NCBI GenBank assembly: GCA_963666055.2
Contig: CAXWPH010000010.1
Coordinates: 112,522 to 176,521 of the forward strand
DNA: 64,000 nt
Source of the DNA: Acidobacteriota bacterium
GTDB taxonomy: Bacteria > Acidobacteriota > UBA890 > WLXD01
Direction: 5' to 3'
Below, in pieces: positions 1-11,560 of this stretch. The translations under genes and the position numbers were made by a program. The notes below the pieces were generated by a model that was not told the DNA's origin, ran no database searches, and worked only from the letters and a program-made list of their open reading frames with translations. Numbering within the stretch: position 1 is the stretch's first letter; every line of letters starts with the position of its first letter.

Positions 1-263
1 GGCACCAGCACAATCGCGTTTCCGAGCACGATGGTGAGCAGCGCCAGGCGCCAACCCATACCGGCCTGCACCATGCTGGATGCCAGCATGTAGGTGGGGA
101 TACAAACGCTCATTCCGACCCACAGCGCCGCCAGGTTCCAGCGGCTCCAGGTACGAGCGGACAGGGGGGTGGGGGCGAGATCGGCGTTTAGCAGCTCGGA
201 GGTGGGAAGCGGCGCCGCCAGCTCTACCGGCGGGTCGTCGAGTAGCGCGCCTAGCCAACTCAC
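1..263 (-). CDS. NCS1 family nucleobase:cation symporter (5' part; runs off window edge)
   Basis: Not in ORF track. Manual translation from GTG 263 (overlaps upstream TGA): ...LLNADLAPTPLSARTWSRWNLAALWVGMSVCIPTYMLASSMVQAGMGWRLALLTIVLGNAIVLVP, typical NCS1 N-terminus. Confidence 0.85.
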   Translation of the reverse strand, partial: MSWLGALLDDPPVELAAPLPTSELLNADLAPTPLSARTWSRWNLAALWVGMSVCIPTYMLASSMVQAGMGWRLALLTIVLGNAIVLV

Positions 264-1150
264 CCCGACGCGCCGGCCAGCGCCCGATCGCCGGCGCGGT
301 GGACGACGCGCCGCACCAACACGCGTACCAGATGGCGCCGGAACTCGGCGCTGGCATGCAGATCGGCAGGCGGGTCGATGTCGGCTTCCGCGGCGAGCTC
401 CGCCGCCTCGATCACCAGCGCCTCGGACAATTCCTCGCCGATCAGCGCGCCAGCGGCGGCCTCGGCCAGAACCGGGCCCTCACCCACCGACAGCAGGCCG
501 ATCCGTGCGTCGGTACAGCGCCCATCGCCAGCCAGGGTCACAGCAGCGGCAACACCGACCAGTGCATAGTCACCATGCCGCCGGGCCATCTCGTCGAACG
601 CCCAACCGGTCCGCGGCGTTGGGGCCGGCAGGATGACCTCCGTTAGCACTTCCCCGGGCTCCAGGGCGGTGGTCAACAGGCCGAAGAAGAAGTCGCCGAC
701 AGCGATGGTGCGCTCACCACCGTCGCGGCTACGAGCACAGAGCGTGGCGTCGAGTACCAACGCCACCGTCGGCAGCTCACCGGCTGGATCGGCATGCGCA
801 ATGCTCCCACCGAAGGTGCCACGATTACGGATCTGCGGATGGGCAATGTGCGGCATGGTCTCGCGCAGCAACGGTGCGCGTTCGGCAACCAGCGCGTCGC
901 GTTCCACCACCGCCTGTCGAGTCATCGCGCCAATGCGGAGCCCTCCGTCGTCGGTCGCCTCCACGTAGGCAAGCTCGGCGAGCCTGTTCAGATCCACCAG
1001 GATTGTCGGTTGTGCCAAGCGGAAATTCATCGCCGGGATCAGGCTCTGGCCACCCGCCAGGATCTTTGCCTCCCATGGATCCTCGGCAAGGATGTCGAGC
1101 GCCTCCTCGAGCGTCTCGGGCGCGTGGTAGCGGAAGGGGGCAGGCTTCAT
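260..1150 (-). CDS. Xanthine dehydrogenase/CoxM-family FAD-binding subunit
   Basis: MKPAPFRYHAP start, AGGQSL, IRNRGTFGGSIAHADP motifs. Confidence 0.93.
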   Translation of the reverse strand: MKPAPFRYHAPETLEEALDILAEDPWEAKILAGGQSLIPAMNFRLAQPTILVDLNRLAELAYVEATDDGGLRIGAMTRQAVVERDALVAERAPLLRETMPHIAHPQIRNRGTFGGSIAHADPAGELPTVALVLDATLCARSRDGGERTIAVGDFFFGLLTTALEPGEVLTEVILPAPTPRTGWAFDEMARRHGDYALVGVAAAVTLAGDGRCTDARIGLLSVGEGPVLAEAAAGALIGEELSEALVIEAAELAAEADIDPPADLHASAEFRRHLVRVLVRRVVHRAGDRALAGASG

Positions 1151-1181
1151 CGCGATCCCCCTGCGGTGGCCCTCGCAGGCG

Positions 1182-3530
1182 TCACGACTCGCCACCGCGG
1201 GCGTCACGCACCAGCTCGAACAGTCGATTGGGGCTGAGCGGAATTTCGCGAATCTCCAACCCGTCGATTCCCAAGGCGTCCTCCACCGCTTGGGCGAACG
1301 CCGCCGCCGTCGGTATGCAGCCCGCCTCACCAGCCCCTTTCACGCCCAGCGGCGTGTCTGTGGCCGGTGTTTCAATGTGGTCGATGCGAACCCTGGGCAC
1401 GTCGGTGGCAGTGGGCAGCAAGTAATCCATGAACGAGGCGTTCAGCAGCTGCCCGTTATCGTCGACCACCAAGTGCTCGTAGAAGGCATTGCCGATTCCC
1501 TGCGCCACGCCCCCCTGGATCTGACCGTCGAGAATCATCGGGTTGATGACACGCCCGCAGTCGTGGACCACGACGTAGTCGACGATATCGACGTCAAACG
1601 TCTCCGGATCGACCTCCACTCGCATGGCGTGGACACCGCTTGCGGTGGTCCCGCGGCTTGGCCCGAAGTAGGCGGTCGCCTCCAGCCCCGGCTCGGTGCC
1701 CGGCGCCACCGCGCCGCGTAACGGATTCGACGCCACCGCCAGATCGGCGAGTGTGATGCGGCGCTCCGGGTCGCCGTCGACGCGAACTTCACTGCCACCG
1801 AGCAAGAGGTGCTCTTCGGGAGCCTCGAGCAGCTCACTGGCGAGCCGCAGGATCTTGGCGCGCACGAGCTCGGCCGCCGCATGGCAGGCGTTGCCGGCAA
1901 CCACCGCTCCGCGACTGGCGAAGGTTCCGGTCCCCCAGTTGAACTCGCGTGTGTCGCCGGTAACCACACTGATGTCGGCCACGTCGACGCCGACCTGGTC
2001 GGCGACGATCTGTGCCAGCGAGGTGTAATGACCCTGCCCCTGCGTGCCGACGCCGGTTGCCACATGCACCTTCCCACTCGGCTCGACCGACACGCGAGCA
2101 CCTTCGTAGGGGCCGATGCCGGTGCCCTCTACGTAGGAGACAACGCCGACCCCGACGCGCCGCCCCGACTGACGCGGCGGCGGGCGCTCGTCGCCTTCGA
2201 ACTCTCGGTAGCCAATCAATTCGACGGCGCGATCGAGGGCCGGCTCATAGTTGCCGCTGTCGTAGGTCAGCGAAGAGAAGTCCTGGTAGACAAGGCCATG
2301 GTGGTGTGGGAAATCGTCTGGCCCCAGGTAGTTGAGTCGCCGGATCTCGACACGATCGATTCCGAGCTCACCGGCGGCGATGTCGAGCAGGCGCTCCATC
2401 ACGAACACACCGTGCTGCCGGCCGGCGCCGCGCACCGGCGTCACGATGGGGCGGTTGGTGAATACAACACGAAACTCGGAGTGGTAGTTGGGTACGTCGT
2501 AACAGCCCAGCAAGGTGCATTGGCTGTTTATGGGAATGGTCAGTCCGTAGGGATCGTAGGCACCGGTGTCGTGCAGGAACTCGTCGCGAATGCCGAGGAT
2601 GCGCCCGTCGGTGGCGAGCGCCATTTCCGCCTCGTGAATTTGCGCACGCTCCTGTGTGGTGGCGTAGAAGTTCTCGCTACGATCCTCGATCCACTTCACC
2701 GGACGACCGAGCTGCATCGAGATCCAAGGGATCAGCACCTCCTCCGGGTAGAACATCATGATCTTCGGTCCGAACGCACCACCGATGAACGGCGCCACCA
2801 CGTCGACTTCACGCTCCGCCAACCCCAGCCATCGGGCGAGTCCGTTGCGCACCGGAATCGGCGCCTGTGTGGTATCCCAGATCATCATCTTGCGAGCCCG
2901 TGCGTCCCAGCTCGCCACCACGCCGCGGTTCTCGATGGCGGCAGCGGCCCCGCGGTCGTAGTCGAAGCGGCGGCGTATGACCAGATCCGCAGACTCGCAG
3001 GCCGCCCCGTAGTCGCCCTTGGTCTGCACACAGTGGGCCGCGAGGTTCGACCCCAGGTCCTCGTGCACAATGGCCGGCTCACCGCGCAACGCCGCCTCGA
3101 GGTCGACGACTGCCGGTAGCGGGTCCAGTTCGATGGCGATGTCCATCAGCGCGTCTTCCGCCAGATAGCGGCTGTCTGCCACTACCAGGGCGATCGGCTC
3201 GCCCGCGTACAGCACCTTGTCGCGCACCAAAGGCACCTGGGTACGCTCGTGGAAGATCAGGCCGTCGATCGGCGGCGGCCCCACCAGCAGTGGGCCATGT
3301 TGCCAGTAGTCTCCCAGGTCGGCGGCAGCGTATGCCGCCACGACCCCCGGCCGACGACGAGCGCGTGACAAGTCCACGTTGTTGAGGCGGGCATGCGCGT
3401 AGTCGCTACGGACGAAGGCGACGTGCAGCAATCCCGGAAGGTCGATGTCGTCGATGAACTGCGCTGCGCCGGTAAGAAGGCTGGCATCCTCGTTGCGCGG
3501 CAGCCGCCGCCCGAAGAAACGGCCGCTCAC
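1182..3530 (-). CDS. Xanthine dehydrogenase/CoxL-like molybdopterin-binding large subunit (form II-like, not form I CODH)
   Basis: GGAFG, TPVRGAGR active-site loop, QGQGH, GQIQGGVAQG, KGAGEAG; GTG start coupled to small-subunit stop. Confidence 0.92.
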   Translation of the reverse strand: MSGRFFGRRLPRNEDASLLTGAAQFIDDIDLPGLLHVAFVRSDYAHARLNNVDLSRARRRPGVVAAYAAADLGDYWQHGPLLVGPPPIDGLIFHERTQVPLVRDKVLYAGEPIALVVADSRYLAEDALMDIAIELDPLPAVVDLEAALRGEPAIVHEDLGSNLAAHCVQTKGDYGAACESADLVIRRRFDYDRGAAAAIENRGVVASWDARARKMMIWDTTQAPIPVRNGLARWLGLAEREVDVVAPFIGGAFGPKIMMFYPEEVLIPWISMQLGRPVKWIEDRSENFYATTQERAQIHEAEMALATDGRILGIRDEFLHDTGAYDPYGLTIPINSQCTLLGCYDVPNYHSEFRVVFTNRPIVTPVRGAGRQHGVFVMERLLDIAAGELGIDRVEIRRLNYLGPDDFPHHHGLVYQDFSSLTYDSGNYEPALDRAVELIGYREFEGDERPPPRQSGRRVGVGVVSYVEGTGIGPYEGARVSVEPSGKVHVATGVGTQGQGHYTSLAQIVADQVGVDVADISVVTGDTREFNWGTGTFASRGAVVAGNACHAAAELVRAKILRLASELLEAPEEHLLLGGSEVRVDGDPERRITLADLAVASNPLRGAVAPGTEPGLEATAYFGPSRGTTASGVHAMRVEVDPETFDVDIVDYVVVHDCGRVINPMILDGQIQGGVAQGIGNAFYEHLVVDDNGQLLNASFMDYLLPTATDVPRVRIDHIETPATDTPLGVKGAGEAGCIPTAAAFAQAVEDALGIDGLEIREIPLSPNRLFELVRDARGGES

Positions 3531-4048
3531 CCCTCGGACTCCCCATCGTCGGCGTGCATGCGGCGGGCCGCCAGCGCCACCGCGTCGACGATGTGCTGGT
3601 AGCCGGTGCAACGGCAGAGGTTGCCCGACAGCGCCGCGCGGATGTCGTCTTCGGAAGGCTGCGCGTTGCGCTCGACGAACGGCAACAAGGTCATCAGGAA
3701 CCCTGGCGTACAGAACCCGCATTGCAGCGCGTGGGTTTCCCTGAACGCAACCTGCAGTGGATGCAGCTCCTCGGTGCCGGCGGGTGCGAGCGCTTCGACG
3801 GTGCTGATATCGAGACCATCGGCCTGCACCGCGAACATCAGGCAGGAACGTACTGGAGCCCCATCGACCAGCACGGTGCAAGCGCCACACACACCATGCT
3901 CACATCCAACGTGGGTGCCCGTAAGGCGCAGGTCAACGCGAATAAAGTCCGACAGCAACAACCGCGGCTCCACCACCCCGGTCACTTCGCAGCCATTTAC
4001 CCGCAGCCGGACGTCCACTGTCTGGGGACTGGATCCTGCTTCGCTCAC
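3527..4048 (-). CDS. (2Fe-2S)-binding small subunit, CoxS family
   Basis: GCEHGVCGAC, QCGFCTPG, NLCRCTGY motifs. Confidence 0.95.
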   Translation of the reverse strand: MSEAGSSPQTVDVRLRVNGCEVTGVVEPRLLLSDFIRVDLRLTGTHVGCEHGVCGACTVLVDGAPVRSCLMFAVQADGLDISTVEALAPAGTEELHPLQVAFRETHALQCGFCTPGFLMTLLPFVERNAQPSEDDIRAALSGNLCRCTGYQHIVDAVALAARRMHADDGESEG

Positions 4049-4109
4049 GGCCGGTAACTATACAGACGGCCGGCGCCCGGCCGCGACCGCTTCCCCGGTC
4101 GTGTTCGGC

Positions 4110-5924
4110 CTACGTTGCCGCGTCGAGAACCGACTCTCCGCTGCTCTTGAGAAGGATCGAAACGGTCGTTCCCTCGCCTGGAGTGCTCTGCAGGTCGATG
4201 TGGCCTCCATGCGCCTGGACGATGTCGTGGCAAATGGAGAGCCCGAGACCGGTTCCTTGGTCACCCGGCTTGGTTGTGAAGAACGGTTCGAAGACGCGGT
4301 CTCGTAATTGCTGGTCCATGCCACAACCGGTATCTGAGACGGAGATCTTCACATAGCGGCCCGGCACCAAGCCCTCGACCGACCTGTCGTATTCCTCCAC
4401 CAGCAGGTTGCTCGTCTCGATCGTTAACACCCCGCCACCGGGCATGGCATCCCGAGCATTGATGGCGAGGTTCATAATGACCTGTTCGATTTGGGACGCG
4501 TCGGCCCAGACGTTGTCGACGACCGGGGCGATGCGGAACTCTGGCTTGATCCCGTGACCCATCAGCCGGTCCAGCAATCGTGAGATGTTCGCAGTCAGAT
4601 CGTTGAGTGCGAGATCACTGAGCTCGGGTGGTTCGTGTCGGCTGAACACTAGGAGCTGTTTCGCTAAACCAGTGGCCCGTGCGGTGGCTTCAAGCACCTG
4701 GTGCAGATCATCAGCGACCTCTGAACGTTTCGGCGTCTGGTCGAGCGCGAGCTCGGTAAAGGCCCTTACTGGGACCAGTAGGTTGTTGAACTCGTGCGCG
4801 ATCCCAGCAGCGAGCTTCCCGACCACCTCGAGCTTCTGGGAACGACGCAGCTGCTTCTCGCGCCGTGCCAAGTCTCTGACGGCTCTATCTCGCTGCCCAC
4901 TGGAGTATCGCTGCTGTACGAAGGCGAGGGCTCCCAGAACCACGAGTGTCGTCGCAGCGCACGCGGCACGAGTCCGACTGGCCTCGTAGTTCTGGAAACC
5001 TATTGCCACGAGCCCAAGATGGAGAGCAGGAAGAGTCACGGCGAAGGCTAGCAAACGACCCGTACCCCACAGTTGTTCCTGGGGCTGCGGGATCGGCGCC
5101 ACTTCCATCCGTTGTGCTGTAGCGGGCGCACTCACGACACCGACGCACGCCGCCACGATGACGAGCGCGTAGGGCAGCAGCCAGAGAGTGTCCCACAAGC
5201 TAACTGCATCTACGGCCGAGATCGCCTTGGCTTCGATCGCCCCCTCGATAACGTCCAACACAGACCAAGCCGCGACGTTGAGCGCCAAGAGACCGTAGAC
5301 CCATCGCCAGTAAGACGCAGCATCTGTAGCGTGCCAGAGGGCCAGTAGGGTTCCGAGCAGGAGCAAGTTAAAAACCCCGAACATGAGGAACGGGGTGATC
5401 GACTCGAGATGTTGACTGCGGTCCTCGCTAGCAGGGATGAACACGAAATAGATCAGCAGACCGAACGCGAAAAGCAGAGTACCGAGAACCTCGATCCACC
5501 GTCCGGCGCTACTGGTCGTGGCGGCCTGCGCCAGATGCGGTCGGAAGGAGACGGCTACAAGCAGCCCCGCGTAGTAGCAAAGATACAGACCATCGGCCGC
5601 TAGTAGGCTGGACCCGGTGTCCTCCGGTACCGCCAGATACAGCACCCGAACCCCCAGCCAGGCAATGTAGGCGGCTGCGATGGCAAGCCAGAACCTCCGG
5701 TGGGCTTGCTGGCGGCAGGCTCCCATGCCATGCAGGAGTGCGACAAGGGTGACAATGATGAGCAGCAGGTGCGTGTAGTTGTTGGCGAACTCGAGCAGCC
5801 ACTCGGAATCGATTGCCGGCAGAAGAAACGGCAGCATCACGACAGCGTAGACGAGCCCCGAGACACGGACTACGCGATCGGCTAGCAGGTTATGCAGCAT
5901 GCCGGCCTTCTCGTGCTGCGCCAC
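4110..5924 (-). CDS. Multi-TM sensor histidine kinase
   Basis: ~9 hydrophobic segments then AHEFNN H-box, NLAINARDAM N-box, DTGCGM, FFTTK, GTGLGL. Confidence 0.9.
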   Translation of the reverse strand: MAQHEKAGMLHNLLADRVVRVSGLVYAVVMLPFLLPAIDSEWLLEFANNYTHLLLIIVTLVALLHGMGACRQQAHRRFWLAIAAAYIAWLGVRVLYLAVPEDTGSSLLAADGLYLCYYAGLLVAVSFRPHLAQAATTSSAGRWIEVLGTLLFAFGLLIYFVFIPASEDRSQHLESITPFLMFGVFNLLLLGTLLALWHATDAASYWRWVYGLLALNVAAWSVLDVIEGAIEAKAISAVDAVSLWDTLWLLPYALVIVAACVGVVSAPATAQRMEVAPIPQPQEQLWGTGRLLAFAVTLPALHLGLVAIGFQNYEASRTRAACAATTLVVLGALAFVQQRYSSGQRDRAVRDLARREKQLRRSQKLEVVGKLAAGIAHEFNNLLVPVRAFTELALDQTPKRSEVADDLHQVLEATARATGLAKQLLVFSRHEPPELSDLALNDLTANISRLLDRLMGHGIKPEFRIAPVVDNVWADASQIEQVIMNLAINARDAMPGGGVLTIETSNLLVEEYDRSVEGLVPGRYVKISVSDTGCGMDQQLRDRVFEPFFTTKPGDQGTGLGLSICHDIVQAHGGHIDLQSTPGEGTTVSILLKSSGESVLDAAT

Positions 5925-6074
5925 GGTCGTTACCCCGCCCCGCTCTTGGAGTTCTACCCCACTGTGCGCCTTCTTCCGTCTTCCTCGCCCACTATCTCTA
6001 TGTAGTAATCCCTTACGTCACGTTCTTACGAGGGGTTGCATCACCGCAGGGCTGCCCGTCCTCGGAATGCACAG

Positions 6075-7229
6075 CTAGGCGCCCAGATGCGCGGCGCGCT
6101 TGAGCAGCAACCGCTCGCCAAGCGGGGCAGAAACCAGGATCCGCACGATGCGCTCCGCAGCCTGGCCGTCGCCGTAGGGATTCTCCATTCCGTCGAGCGA
6201 AGCTCTGAGCTCCGGCTGCAGCGCCCGCTCGATGGCAGCACCAATGGAGTCGGCCGCGGCCTCCACATCGATGACGTTGGCGGCGCGCTGACGCCCCTGC
6301 TGGCGGATGCCGACGTTGACTACCGGTATACCTAGCGATGCCGCCTCCATGATGCCGCTCGAGGAGTTGCCGACCAGCACCGCGGCGTGGCCTAGCAGCC
6401 CCCAGTAGACCGTGGAGCCCAGGTTGACGTGCAGGCGCGCATCGGCACGCGCGGCGCAGAAGCGTTCGGCCCGAGCAATAAGCTCACGGCTGCCGGCGTC
6501 GCTGTTCGGAAACAAGAAGACGATGGGAAGTTCCACCGCGTCGAGCGCCACGAACAACTCGTCGGCCTCGCGGACGGTGTCGCGCGCCAACGTAACGGGA
6601 TGGTACGCGGCCAGGACCGGCGACGGAACCAGCGACATGCCGAGCTCGGCCTCAAGCTCCCGGCGCGATGGGAGCTGACTTCGGCGGAGGTGGTCGAGCG
6701 ATGGCGCGCCCACCTGATGAACCCTCCATTCCTCCTCGCCCATCGTCAGCACCCGTCGACGGGCCAGGGCGGTCGGTGTCAGGTGAATATGGCTCATCAT
6801 GGTCAGCGCATTGCGCACTGCATGATCGATCGCCCCCTCGCTGACCTCGCCCCCCTCGATGTGCGCGATGGGAATGCGTAGCGCTAGCGCCGCCGCCGCC
6901 GGCGCAAGCATCTCGTAGCGGTCGGCGACCAGCAGCAGCAGGTCCGGGCGCATCCGCCCGAGGACGTCGGCGAGGCCGAGTATCGCCACGCCGATGGTCT
7001 TCGCCATGCCGACGTCGGTATCGGAGCTCAGCAGGCACTCTATCCGTTCGTCGACGATGAGACCATCGGCCTCGATCTCGGCGACCGTCGTTCCAAACTC
7101 GGGGGAAAAATGCGGCCCGAGCGCGATCAGCCGCCGGTCGATCTCCGGGTGTGCGTCGAGCTCACGCAGGACCCAGTAGAGATGGCTGTAGTCGGCCCGC
7201 GACGTGGTGACGACAGCGATGCAACGCAT
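6075..7229 (-). CDS. neuC: UDP-N-acetylglucosamine 2-epimerase (hydrolysing)
   Basis: TTSRADY, DRYEML, HIEGGE, GNSSSGIMEA, NPYGDG. Confidence 0.88.
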   Translation of the reverse strand: MRCIAVVTTSRADYSHLYWVLRELDAHPEIDRRLIALGPHFSPEFGTTVAEIEADGLIVDERIECLLSSDTDVGMAKTIGVAILGLADVLGRMRPDLLLLVADRYEMLAPAAAALALRIPIAHIEGGEVSEGAIDHAVRNALTMMSHIHLTPTALARRRVLTMGEEEWRVHQVGAPSLDHLRRSQLPSRRELEAELGMSLVPSPVLAAYHPVTLARDTVREADELFVALDAVELPIVFLFPNSDAGSRELIARAERFCAARADARLHVNLGSTVYWGLLGHAAVLVGNSSSGIMEAASLGIPVVNVGIRQQGRQRAANVIDVEAAADSIGAAIERALQPELRASLDGMENPYGDGQAAERIVRILVSAPLGERLLLKRAAHLGA

Positions 7230-7290
7230 GTACCGATGGTATAGGCCGAGCCGGCGCAGACGAATCAGGCAGAACACCCGTGATAGATAG

Positions 7291-7324
7291 TCTACAATGT
7301 GAACTGTAAATTCGACAATGTCGA
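7291..7324. promoter_or_regulatory. Putative tandem PadR operator sites
   Basis: Palindrome TCGACA-A-TGTCGA (7312-7324) and degenerate copy TCTACAATGTGAA (7291-7303), 21 bp apart, just upstream of the PadR gene. Confidence 0.55.
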
Positions 7325-7369
7325 CTCGTCGGCAGAATTCAAGAACTCTGCGCTAATCGAGATTGACTG

Positions 7370-7699
7370 TTGGGAAAGAGCTATCTCGGCGAATTCGAAC
7401 AGATGCTCCTGCTCGCAATCCTCCGCGGGGGTGACGACGCCTACGCTCTCGAGATCCGGCGCGAGCTACAAGAGCACGCCGGCCGACGTGTCAGTCGCGG
7501 AGCTTTCTACACCACGCTCGACCGTATGCAGGCCAAGGGCTACCTGAGGTGGACGACCCGTCCGATCAGCAACGCTCGTGGCGGCCGCCCGCAACGACAC
7601 TTCCAGGTCACCGAGGAAGGGCTCGAGCAGCTGCGGCGCGCCCACCGGGCGCTGACCAGTCTGTGGGATGGCCTCGACCAGTACTTGGCACAATCATGA
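7370..7699 (+). CDS. PadR-family transcriptional regulator
   Basis: LGEFEQMLLLAI, GAFYTTLDRM, RGGRPQRHFQVTEEG winged-helix pattern; TTG start. Confidence 0.9.
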   Translation: MGKSYLGEFEQMLLLAILRGGDDAYALEIRRELQEHAGRRVSRGAFYTTLDRMQAKGYLRWTTRPISNARGGRPQRHFQVTEEGLEQLRRAHRALTSLWDGLDQYLAQS

Positions 7700-10389
7700 G
7701 CCGCGCCGGGAAATGCTCCCCTGCCCCGCCGCGGGCAGCCGAGCGCCTGCTCGAAGCAGCGCTCCCCCGAGGACAGGTCGGGAGCAGCATCATTGGCGAC
7801 CTACATCAGGAATATCAGGAGCGCGGTGCACAGAGCGGGCGCCTGCGGCTCATAGCCTGGTACTGGCTGCAGGCGCTGGCGCTGGCATGGCACTACTCCA
7901 GGCGCGTCTCACCGCATGGAATCCCCCTCAACGACAAGGGACACGAGCCGATGACATCGCTGATCTCAGACCTGCGCTACGGCGTCCGCATGCTCGTAAA
8001 GACGCCGCTCGTGTCGGTGATCGCGACCCTGACGATCGCCATGGGAATAGCTCTTACGGTGCACACCTTCAGCATCGTCTATGGCAGCGTCATGCGCGGC
8101 CTGCCGCTCCCGGATGACGATCGCTTGATGCAGATCCTGCAGAACGACACCGAGGCGGGCTTCCAGGGGATGTCGCTGGGAATTCACGACTACCTCGATT
8201 TCCGTGATCAGAGCGACTCGTTCGAGGAGCTCGGAACGTATTACTGGGGGACGGTGAATCTGGCCGGCGACGATCAGCCGCCGGAGCGCTACGAGGGGGC
8301 TTTCGTCTCGGCGAATGCCCTGTCGTTGCTGGGGGTTCCTGCATTGCTGGGCCGTACGTTCGTCGCCGGCGAGGACTCCTCCGACGCCGAACCCTCGATC
8401 GTGATCGGCTACGCGGTTTGGCGCAATCGCTTCGGCGGCGACCCCAACATCGTCGGACGAACGCTGCGAATCAACGGCGAGACCGGCACGGTACTCGGCG
8501 TCATGCCGGAGGGCTTCCGCTTCCCCTTCAATCACGAGGTCTGGATACCGCACCGGGCCGAAGTAGACGGGGCAGCGGACCGCGGTGGCGGACGCTTCGA
8601 GACCTTCGGCCGCCTGCGTACCGACGTCAGCGTCGAGGCGGCCACCGCGGAGATCAGTGCAATCACCGAGCGGATCAGGTCGGAGTTCCCGGAGGAGATG
8701 GCCGGTATCGAATCGTACATTTCCCTGTTCGAGCATCGCTATATGCCGCCGCAGATCACCGCTGCGGTGTGGGTGCAGCTGGTCGCAGTGTTCGGCGTGC
8801 TAATGATCGCCTGCGCCAACGTCGCCAACCTGCTGCTGGCGCGCGCCTCGGTGCGTGGACGGGAGGTGGCAATCCGCTCCGCCCTCGGCGCCAGCCGCGC
8901 CCGCGTGATCCGCCAACTGCTGATCGAGGCCTTGGTTCTGGGTATCGTCGGCGGCACCATCGGACTGATCGCCGCCAAGATCGGCGTCGACCGATTCAGC
9001 GCCGCGCTAGTGGATATCCAGAAGCCCTACTGGATCGACATACGAGTCGACGCGCCCGTCGTCTTCTTCTCCATCGCCGTGACCCTCCTGGCGGTGGCCC
9101 TCGCCGGCACCCTTCCGGCGTTGCGCGCTTCGGGATGCGGGGTCAGCACGATCCTTCAGGACGAGAGCCGCGGCACCAGCCTGCGGATGGGCCGTCTGAG
9201 CGGCGTTCTGGTGATCGGTGAGATCGCTATTTCGGTGGCGCTGCTGATCACCGCCGGCTTGATGATCAAGAGCATCATCAACGTGAACCGAGTCGATCTG
9301 GGCTTTCGGACCGACAACATCCTGACGGCACGGGTGGGGCTGTTCGAGGTCGACTATCCGGCTCGGACCGACCGGGAGAGTTTCTTCATCAGCTTGCTCG
9401 ACCGCTTGCGCTCGCAGCCAGGCATCGACAAAGCGGCGCTGACGAGCCATGTTCCGGGTAGAGGGTCGATGCGTCTGCTCACCAGCATCGAAGGCGAAGA
9501 CTATGCGTCGACCAGCGACTACCCGGTGGTGGCAGCGACGATCGTCAGCTCAGGCTTCTTTGACGCCTACGACGTGCCGATTCTTCAGGGCCGTGACTTT
9601 CGACCGGAGGAGGCACGATCCGATTCGGACGCGGTGGTCATCGTCAACGAGTCGTTCGTACGCCGATTCCTCCCCGATGACAACCCACTCGGGCAACTCG
9701 TCAAGGCCGGCCGAGTCGATTCCGATGACCCCTGGATGCGGGTAGTCGGGGTGGCCGCCGACATGCACATCGGCGGCGGCGTGGGCGGGCTCGGAAGCGA
9801 TCGCAATAACCCCGAGCAGTACTACGTGCCCTTCGGTGCCTTCGACACGCGCTTCTCCAGTATCGTGCTACGAACGCCCGGCACCCCGCAGGAAGCGACC
9901 TCGGTGATGCGCAGCACGGTCACCGACCTCGATTCCAACATGCCGATCTACGAGGTCGCCACGATGGAGCGAGCAATGGAGCAGGCGACCTGGGCGTTCA
10001 GGGTCTTCGGGCAGCTCTTCGCCACCCTGGGGGTGGCAGCGCTGTTCCTTGCCTCCGTCGGCCTGTACGGCGTGATGTCGTTCTCGGTGTCGCTGCGCCG
10101 GACGGAGCTCGGTATCCGCATGGCGCTGGGAGCACAGGCGAGAGACCTACTCGGCACGGTCATGCGGAAGGGCGCCTGGCAGCTCGCGATCGGCATCGTG
10201 CTGGGCTTGGGGATTGGCGTCATCCTGAGTCGGCCGCTAAGTGCGATCACGTTTGGTGTAGAGACCACCGACCTCTCTGTATACGCGGCCATCGTGGCGA
10301 CGATCACGGTTACCGGGTTGCTGGCAACGCTATTGCCGGCGCGCAAAGCGACACAGGTAGACCCGAACGATGCCCTGCGAATCGAGTGA
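7696..10389 (+). CDS. Duplicated MacB/FtsX-type ABC permease (ADOP-like orphan permease)
   Basis: IIGDLHQEY prefix domain, DLRYGVRML, IACANVANLLLAR, REVAIRSALGA, ELGIRMALGA, PARKATQVDP; ATG overlaps PadR stop. Confidence 0.92.
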   Translation: MSRAGKCSPAPPRAAERLLEAALPRGQVGSSIIGDLHQEYQERGAQSGRLRLIAWYWLQALALAWHYSRRVSPHGIPLNDKGHEPMTSLISDLRYGVRMLVKTPLVSVIATLTIAMGIALTVHTFSIVYGSVMRGLPLPDDDRLMQILQNDTEAGFQGMSLGIHDYLDFRDQSDSFEELGTYYWGTVNLAGDDQPPERYEGAFVSANALSLLGVPALLGRTFVAGEDSSDAEPSIVIGYAVWRNRFGGDPNIVGRTLRINGETGTVLGVMPEGFRFPFNHEVWIPHRAEVDGAADRGGGRFETFGRLRTDVSVEAATAEISAITERIRSEFPEEMAGIESYISLFEHRYMPPQITAAVWVQLVAVFGVLMIACANVANLLLARASVRGREVAIRSALGASRARVIRQLLIEALVLGIVGGTIGLIAAKIGVDRFSAALVDIQKPYWIDIRVDAPVVFFSIAVTLLAVALAGTLPALRASGCGVSTILQDESRGTSLRMGRLSGVLVIGEIAISVALLITAGLMIKSIINVNRVDLGFRTDNILTARVGLFEVDYPARTDRESFFISLLDRLRSQPGIDKAALTSHVPGRGSMRLLTSIEGEDYASTSDYPVVAATIVSSGFFDAYDVPILQGRDFRPEEARSDSDAVVIVNESFVRRFLPDDNPLGQLVKAGRVDSDDPWMRVVGVAADMHIGGGVGGLGSDRNNPEQYYVPFGAFDTRFSSIVLRTPGTPQEATSVMRSTVTDLDSNMPIYEVATMERAMEQATWAFRVFGQLFATLGVAALFLASVGLYGVMSFSVSLRRTELGIRMALGAQARDLLGTVMRKGAWQLAIGIVLGLGIGVILSRPLSAITFGVETTDLSVYAAIVATITVTGLLATLLPARKATQVDPNDALRIE

Positions 10390-10413
10390 CGTGAGAGTGT
10401 GGCGTGCCTGCTA

Positions 10414-11517
<1,104 letters not shown>

Positions 11518-11560
11518 GCGCGTTTCCTGTTCGCGTCGCCTGAGCTGCGCGACGGCGTGT

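Noticed and set aside
1809-3119. Long antisense ORFs (e.g. 1809-3119, 12006-13511, 50924-51973)
   Set aside because: Opposite well-supported genes; expected in high-GC DNA
1182-3530. True aerobic CO dehydrogenase (form I)
   Set aside because: Lacks AYxCSFR; gene order is S-L-M and no coxDEFG seen
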